Positions 58,496-64,000 of a DNA stretch of 64,000 nucleotides are shown in pieces. The translations under genes were made by a program, and so were the position numbers. The notes under the pieces were generated by a model, which saw only the letters and a list, made by a program, of their open reading frames with translations, was not told the DNA's origin and did not search any database. Origin of the DNA: Thermoanaerobaculia bacterium. GTDB taxonomy: Bacteria; Acidobacteriota; Thermoanaerobaculia; Multivoradales; Multivoraceae. The DNA lies in assembly GCA_022822365.1 (NCBI GenBank), contig JAJEBV010000035.1:10082-74081 (forward strand), in the 5' to 3' direction. The number at the start of each line of letters is the position of its first letter. Positions within the stretch are counted from its first letter, which is position 1.

Positions 58496-61400
58496 TCAGT
58501 CCGCGAGGCCGTCGAACAGGCGCCGAAGAGCCGCCATCCGTTCGGCGATCCGGTCCCAGCCGCCCTCCTCGTCCGGCAACTGGCCCAGACTGACGAGCCG
58601 CCTCGCCAGGAAGCGGAACTCGCTCGTGTCCGCCGCGGGAATGACGAGGTCCTTGCTGTGGCCGCGGACGATCCGCAGGCAGTTGATCACCGCGCGCAGG
58701 AGCCGGTAGCCCTCGCCGATCTGCTCGAACTCCTCGTCCGCCAGGTGGCCGCGCTCGTGGAGCGCGGCGAGTGCATCGAGGGTGTTCGTCTGGCGCACCT
58801 CCGGGTCGCCGGCGCCCGCCGCGATCTGCCGCACCTGGACGAAGTACTCGGCGTCCAGCAGGCCGCCGGCGCTGAACTTCGCGTTCGTCGTGCCGCGGGT
58901 CACGAGTTCCGAGCGCTGGCGGTTTCTCAGATGCCGGATCCGTGCGACATCGTGCGGCCGCGGATCGAAGACGAACTCCTGGCGGTGCGTCTCGACCCGG
59001 GCGGCAAGGTCCGGATCGCCGGCGACGGTGCGAAGCCGCACCAGCGCCTGGCGCTCGTACGGGTCCGCCTCGCCGTCGGCGCTGTAGTAGGAGGCGAAGC
59101 GCTGGAACGAGGCGGCGAGCGGCGACGAAGCGCCTCCCGGCCGCAACCGCCAGTCGAGCTCGAAGATCCCGTCGCGCTTGGCGCGGATCAGACGGGCCAG
59201 CCGCTGCGCCGCGCGCTCGTAGAACTCGCCAGCCCGGGCCAGCCGAGACCGTTCGGCGTCCCAGACGAACATCAACTCGATGTCCGACGCGTACCCCAGA
59301 TCGCGTCCGCCCCACTTCCCGAGCGCGCACAGGCACCAGGCGCCGGGTTCGCGGGAGTCGTCGGCCATCTCTCCGACAGCCTCGGCCGCCGCCCGGGTGA
59401 GCACGACGTCGGAGAGCGTCGAGAGTTCCTCGCCGAAATCGCTGAATCGCTCGATCCGCCGCGTCAGGTGCCGCATGTCGATCCGCCCGATCTCGTCGTC
59501 CTTGAAGCGGTTGAGCGCCTCGTCCGGCGCCTCCCGCGCTTCGAGCGCGGCATCGAGGCGGCGCTCCAGGTCCTCCCGTCCGGCGCCCAGGTCGAGGTCG
59601 GCCATGCCTTCGAGCAGCGGCATCAGGTTCTCGTGCTGACGGCGAAGGAACTCCTCCCAGAGCCAGGTACCGGCGCCCAGGACGCGCGCCAGTTCGTCGA
59701 GTGACGAGGCGAGGGCCTGCGTCGGGTCGGCGACCTGCTTGCAGGCCGCGTCGATCAGCGCCCCGAACTGCCGCAGGGCGAGCTGCGGGTTCGGCGCCAC
59801 CGCCAGCCGCCGCGCGAACTGCTTCATCAGCGTCACGGTCAGCCGCAGGTGGTCGACGCCGATGCGATCCTCGATCTTCCCGCCGCTCCGCGTCGTCACG
59901 AAGAGGCGGTCGCGGATCTCGCCTTCGACCGTGTCGAACTCCACCTTGTCGATCCAGTAGTCGCGGGTGGAGAGAACGTTGGAGAACTCGAACAGGAACA
60001 TGAAGCTGTCGGGGCTGCGGATCTCGAGGATCGTGCAGTGCTCGTCGGACTCGTTGTCGACCGAAATCGAGATGGGAGGCATGACGTGTTCGGCATCGAC
60101 GCCCGGGTCCGTCAGGCGGGCGGTCTCCATCACGCGCAGGGTCAGTTCCTCGTTGGCGCGTTGCGCGTCACCGGTGGCCAGGAGTCCGAGAAGCCTGTTC
60201 AGGTCCCGCTCGAAGTCCGTCCACGAGAAGACGCGGGAGGCGTGGGCCGGCGCCGGCTGGACCTCCGCCGAGTACACGATGCGCGTGGGGCCATGCGTCG
60301 AGTGCCGCGACCTCCGGTCCTTGCGCCGGCGCTGGCGGCCGCGGCGGCCGCCGGGCCGCGCCGAACGACGCCGCTCCGCCCTCCCGGGCCGGCGGTAGAA
60401 CTCCATGTCGCCCGCATCCTGGTAGGTGTAGGAACTGCCGCTGAGGATCGACTGGCCGTAGGCCGCCAGCAGGCCGCAGATCTTCGCGAACTCTCCCTGG
60501 TAGTCGTTCGCGACCACCGTCACCCGGCGAGTCGAGCCGACGTGGCGCACATCGACCCGGCAGAGTCGTTCGGCGTCGAGCTCGTGGATCATCTCCACGT
60601 GGTGCGCCACTTCGCCGACGGTGTGCGACAGGAAGTACGCACTCTCCATGCGTCTGAAGTGCTCGTCGATGAGTTCAGCGGGCAGATCCGGGCAGAGCTC
60701 CCGTACACGTTGCTTGCGTTCCAGGAACTCGATCGTCTCGTCGAAGAACTCACCGAAGATGCGGCGGACTTCGGCCGCCGTCTCTTCGTAGCGGCCGCCC
60801 AGGTCCAGGGTGTCGAGCGGCTGGCGCAATGCGAAGGCCACCCGCCACTGGAACGTCGCCCACTGCTTGGGCTCGCGCGGGAGCTGGCGCACCGGCAGGT
60901 CGCGCTCCAGTTGCAGCACGTGCTCGACGACGCGCAGGAAGACGTAGGCCTCGCGCAAGCGGTCGTACTCGTCCCGGGTGATCACGCGATGCGCCCGCAA
61001 CCGGGACATGGCGCGCAGCGTGTTCGGCGAGCGGAGGCTGTCGTTGGAGGCGCCGTGGTAGAGCTGCAGCAACTGGACGATGAACTCGATGTCCCGAATG
61101 CTGCCGGCCCCGAGCTTGACGTTGCCGACCTCCGTACCCTTGGAGCGGAGCGACTTCTCGATCATCTGCTTCATCTCGAAGACCTCGCGCAGCAGGGCCT
61201 CCGGCGATCTGTCCGGGTCGAAGACGAAGCGCCGCGTGCCGTCGATCAGCGCCCTGGCGGCCGCCGCGTCGCCGCCGGCGAAGCGCGCCTTGATCAGCGC
61301 CTGGAACGTCCAGTTCATGCCGTAGCGCTCGTAGAAGCGGAGGTACTGGCTCACCGTCCGCACCAGGGGGCCCATCTTCCCCTCGGGCCGCAGCCGCATG

Positions 61401-61993
61401 TCGACACGGAAGACGAAACCGTCGCCCGTGTTGTCGGAGATCAGGCGGATGAACTTCGGCGCCTGCCGCTGGAGCCGGTGAAGCGCCTCCTGGTCGACGT
61501 CGTCCGAGGCGACGAAGAGCGCGTCGATGTCCGAGCTGTAGTTGACCTCCAGGCCGCCCCACTTGCCCATGGCGATGACCGCGAACGGTTCCTTGTCGAG
61601 ACCCGTCGCGTCGAGGGCCCGCTGGACGCAGACATCCGCGACCTGGGAGATCTTCTGCGTCGTCGCGGCGAAGTCGTCGAGGCCGCTGAAGTCGGCGACC
61701 GCGACCCGGATCAGCTCGCGGTAACGCAGGACGCGGAGCCAGCGCCGAATGTCCTCGTCCGCGTCCGGCCGGAGCGCCGCCATGCGCTCGCGCTGCTCGT
61801 CCACCGACTCCCGCTCGACGGGAAAGAGCCCCTCGTCCGCCTCCGCGTGCGCGTCGAGCCACCGCGCGTAGGCCGGCGCGTACTCGCGCAGGATGTCGCG
61901 CTGCGAGAGCGCAAGCGTCTCCCGTGGATCCTCGGCGTCCTCGATGTCCATGGCCGCGAAGGCCTCGATCGCTTGCTCAAGGCGCGAGTTCAC
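58496..61993 (-). CDS. glnE: Glutamine synthetase adenylyltransferase/adenylyl-removing enzyme (GlnE-like) with two inserted ACT domains and an Arg-rich low-complexity segment
   Basis: Two GlnE-type nucleotidyltransferase motifs (AMGKWGGLEVNYSSDIDALFV and ALGKWGGRDLGYASDIELMFV), each followed by R-x-D-x-RLRP. Two ACT-like domains lie between them. Confidence 0.75.
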   Translation of the reverse strand: MNSRLEQAIEAFAAMDIEDAEDPRETLALSQRDILREYAPAYARWLDAHAEADEGLFPVERESVDEQRERMAALRPDADEDIRRWLRVLRYRELIRVAVADFSGLDDFAATTQKISQVADVCVQRALDATGLDKEPFAVIAMGKWGGLEVNYSSDIDALFVASDDVDQEALHRLQRQAPKFIRLISDNTGDGFVFRVDMRLRPEGKMGPLVRTVSQYLRFYERYGMNWTFQALIKARFAGGDAAAARALIDGTRRFVFDPDRSPEALLREVFEMKQMIEKSLRSKGTEVGNVKLGAGSIRDIEFIVQLLQLYHGASNDSLRSPNTLRAMSRLRAHRVITRDEYDRLREAYVFLRVVEHVLQLERDLPVRQLPREPKQWATFQWRVAFALRQPLDTLDLGGRYEETAAEVRRIFGEFFDETIEFLERKQRVRELCPDLPAELIDEHFRRMESAYFLSHTVGEVAHHVEMIHELDAERLCRVDVRHVGSTRRVTVVANDYQGEFAKICGLLAAYGQSILSGSSYTYQDAGDMEFYRRPGRAERRRSARPGGRRGRQRRRKDRRSRHSTHGPTRIVYSAEVQPAPAHASRVFSWTDFERDLNRLLGLLATGDAQRANEELTLRVMETARLTDPGVDAEHVMPPISISVDNESDEHCTILEIRSPDSFMFLFEFSNVLSTRDYWIDKVEFDTVEGEIRDRLFVTTRSGGKIEDRIGVDHLRLTVTLMKQFARRLAVAPNPQLALRQFGALIDAACKQVADPTQALASSLDELARVLGAGTWLWEEFLRRQHENLMPLLEGMADLDLGAGREDLERRLDAALEAREAPDEALNRFKDDEIGRIDMRHLTRRIERFSDFGEELSTLSDVVLTRAAAEAVGEMADDSREPGAWCLCALGKWGGRDLGYASDIELMFVWDAERSRLARAGEFYERAAQRLARLIRAKRDGIFELDWRLRPGGASSPLAASFQRFASYYSADGEADPYERQALVRLRTVAGDPDLAARVETHRQEFVFDPRPHDVARIRHLRNRQRSELVTRGTTNAKFSAGGLLDAEYFVQVRQIAAGAGDPEVRQTNTLDALAALHERGHLADEEFEQIGEGYRLLRAVINCLRIVRGHSKDLVIPAADTSEFRFLARRLVSLGQLPDEEGGWDRIAERMAALRRLFDGLAD

Positions 61994-62132
61994 TACGGTC
62001 TCCTCCTCGTCGCTGGCCCGCCGACAGCGGCGGAGGCAGGATGCTAGCGAACGGTGCGTCCCTCAGGTGAAGTCCCGTCAGATCCAGATGTACCCTTGAC
62101 GTACAGCGTCAATCACCCTAAGCTCCCTGCCT

Positions 62133-62417
62133 GTGATCCTCGGCTATGGCGATGCGAAAACCAGGCGCTTCGCCGAGGGCCGATTCGTGGGGGACTTCCA
62201 GGGATTCGAGCAACAAGCGTCCAAGCGACTGGCGATTCTCAACGCCGCCCCCTCCCTCCACACGTTGAGAGGGCTGCCCAGCAACCGTCTGGAGGCCTTG
62301 CGCGGCGCCCGCAAAGGCCAGTACTCCATCCGCATCAACCGCCAGTGGAGAATCTGCTTCGAATGGCCCGACAGTCAACCTGGACCCAACCGCGTCCAAA
62401 TCACCGACTACCACTGA
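62133..62417 (+). CDS. higB: HigB-like toxin (RelE/ParE superfamily)
   Basis: 94 aa; precedes the XRE-HTH antitoxin. Confidence 0.7.
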   Translation: MILGYGDAKTRRFAEGRFVGDFQGFEQQASKRLAILNAAPSLHTLRGLPSNRLEALRGARKGQYSIRINRQWRICFEWPDSQPGPNRVQITDYH

Positions 62418-62429
62418 AGGAAGACTGAC

Positions 62430-62726
62430 ATGCTGAAGAGAGCCGTTCATCCGGGTCGAGTGCTGAAGGATGAACTAGCCGAACTCGACGTTACGCCAAC
62501 GGAGTTCGCACGCAACATCGGAGTGCCGCCCAACCGCGTTAGCCAGATCATCAACGGCAAGCGCTCGATCACCGGCGACACCGCGCTGCGTTTCGGCCAC
62601 TGGTTCAACGTCGAGCCACAGTTCTGGCTCAACCTGCAGACCCAGTTCGACCTCGTCCAGGCCGACAGGCGACGCGGCGCCGCTATCCGGGAACTGCCGA
62701 CGAGTGCGGACCTGTTGGCAGGTTGA
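62430..62726 (+). CDS. higA: HigA antitoxin (XRE-family HTH)
   Basis: HTH sequence TEFARNIGVPPNRVSQIINGKRSIT. Confidence 0.75.
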   Translation: MLKRAVHPGRVLKDELAELDVTPTEFARNIGVPPNRVSQIINGKRSITGDTALRFGHWFNVEPQFWLNLQTQFDLVQADRRRGAAIRELPTSADLLAG

Positions 62727-62814
62727 CCCAACATCGGCGGCGTAGCGGCCCCTGAGTCAGGAAGACGCCCTCCTGGAAGCCGGGCGCAGACTGACTACAC
62801 GGTACGGGCGGAGA

Positions 62815-64000
62815 TCAGCCGGCCGCCCAACCCGCGGACAGCACCTCCGCCTGCTCCAGCACGGTCCGGGTGGCCTTCTCCTGTTTGTCAGGCGGATAGC
62901 CGTGCTTCCGCAGGATCCGCTTGACCAGCACACGCAACTGCGCTCGCACGTTCTCGCGTAACGTCCAGTCGATCGTCACGTTGCGGCGCACCGTCTCGAC
63001 GAGCTCCCGGGCGATATCCCGCAGCGTCTCGTCGCCGAGCACCTGGACGGCGCTGTCGCTCGTCTCCAGAGCGTCGTAGAAGGCAAGCTCGTCGTCAGAG
63101 AGGCCGAGCTTCTCGCCGCGGCGTTCCGCCTCCCGCACTTCTCGCGCCAGACCGATCAGTTCCTGGATGACCTGAGCCGCTTCGATGGCCCGATTCTGGT
63201 AGCGGCGGAGCGTCCGGGCCAGCATCTCCGAGAAGGTCCGCGCCTGAACCACGTTCTTCTTCCGCTTCGCGGCGAGTTCGCCCTTGAGCAGCTTCTGCAG
63301 GAGCTCAACCGCCAAGTTGCGCCGCTTCATGCCCCGGACCTCGGCCAGGAACTCCTCCGACAGGACCGAGATGTCGGGCTTCTCGAGGCCCGCCGCCGCG
63401 AAGATGTCGACCACGCCCTCCGGCGCCACGGCACGCGAGACGATCTGCCGCAGAGCGTGGTCGAGTTCTTCCCGCGGCCGCGCTTCGGCCGCGGTGCGCT
63501 TCGCCAGTACCGACCGGACGGCCTGGAAGAACTCCACATCGTCCCGAATTCGGATCGCCTCATCGTGCGGAACGGCGAGCGCGAACGCCTGAGTCAGCTC
63601 GCGCACGGCTCGAAGGCAGCGCTCCTTCCCGTCTTCCTGCGCCAGGACGTGCTCCTGCGCCGCCGGCAGCAGACCGAGGCGTTCTGCAGGCGTGCCGCCG
63701 ACCCACGCCGACCAGTCGAAGCCATGAAACAAGGCGCAGCAGACCTCGTGCTTCTCCAGCATCGCCCGCACGGCCTCCGCCTGGTCAACCGCGGCGCGGC
63801 CCGTACCGCCGCTCTCGGTGTAGGTCGCCAGCGCGCGCTTGAGTTCGTGCGCGAGCCCCAAGTAGTCCACCACCAGGCCTCCCGGCTTGTCCCGGAACAC
63901 CCGGTTGACACGCGCGATGGCCTGCATCAGCGCGTGGCCGCGCATCGGCTTGTCGACGTACATCGTGTGCAGGCTCGGCGCATCGAAGCCGGTTAGCCAC
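62815..64000 (-). CDS. hsdR: Type I restriction enzyme R subunit (HsdR), C-terminal part with a DUF3387-like region; the 5' end lies outside the window
   Basis: [16 protein letters not shown] motif and the C-terminal helical domain typical of HsdR. The reading frame is open to the window edge. Confidence 0.65.
   Translation of the reverse strand, partial: WLTGFDAPSLHTMYVDKPMRGHALMQAIARVNRVFRDKPGGLVVDYLGLAHELKRALATYTESGGTGRAAVDQAEAVRAMLEKHEVCCALFHGFDWSAWVGGTPAERLGLLPAAQEHVLAQEDGKERCLRAVRELTQAFALAVPHDEAIRIRDDVEFFQAVRSVLAKRTAAEARPREELDHALRQIVSRAVAPEGVVDIFAAAGLEKPDISVLSEEFLAEVRGMKRRNLAVELLQKLLKGELAAKRKKNVVQARTFSEMLARTLRRYQNRAIEAAQVIQELIGLAREVREAERRGEKLGLSDDELAFYDALETSDSAVQVLGDETLRDIARELVETVRRNVTIDWTLRENVRAQLRVLVKRILRKHGYPPDKQEKATRTVLEQAEVLSAGWAAG

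Overview
High-GC (by eye ~68-72%) bacterial chromosomal segment, mostly housekeeping and metabolic genes with a lot of extracytoplasmic hydrolase and oxidase content: TrkA/TrkH, PhoD, an SDR, an aminotransferase, a FadB-like beta-oxidation enzyme, two luciferase-like (LLM) oxidoreductases, a carboxylesterase, a PQQ dehydrogenase, AcnX large and small subunits, an acyl-CoA synthetase, a copper amine oxidase, amtB-glnK and a GlnE-like enzyme. Four things stand out. (1) A seven-gene, tightly overlapping minus-strand operon at 38410-46648 sits in a visibly lower-GC island. It encodes cysteine desulfurase, a DndC/SspD-like PAPS-reductase-family ATP pyrophosphatase, a DUF262+DUF1524 (GmrSD/SspE-like) nuclease, an SNF2 helicase, two ParB-like proteins and an MBL-fold hydrolase. 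This looks like an undescribed variant of a phosphorothioate-type DNA sulfur-modification and restriction system that lacks DndD/SspC and SspB homologues. (2) Two tandem giant secreted proteins (1220 and about 1475 aa) have a plant-type LRRNT plus 24-residue LRR ectodomain, Calx-beta-like repeats, a Pro-rich linker, a PKD domain and a new four-cysteine C-terminal domain of about 115 aa. That C-terminal domain recurs in a 193-aa stand-alone secreted protein at 14079-14660. (3) The GlnE-like adenylyltransferase carries two GlnD-type ACT domains between its two nucleotidyltransferase halves. (4) A 26-nt hairpin repeat family (three copies) brackets a serine-hydrolase gene in inverted orientation. 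Also present: a 3' relic of a paralogous amine oxidase gene, several toxin-antitoxin loci (HicAB, a PIN/RHH triad, HigBA, an orphan MntA-like nucleotidyltransferase), a PD-(D/E)XK DUF4268-like nuclease and a partial type I restriction HsdR at the window edge. No rRNA, tRNA or CRISPR arrays were recognised by eye. Many long ORFs in the track are GC-driven antisense or alternate-frame artefacts and were not called.
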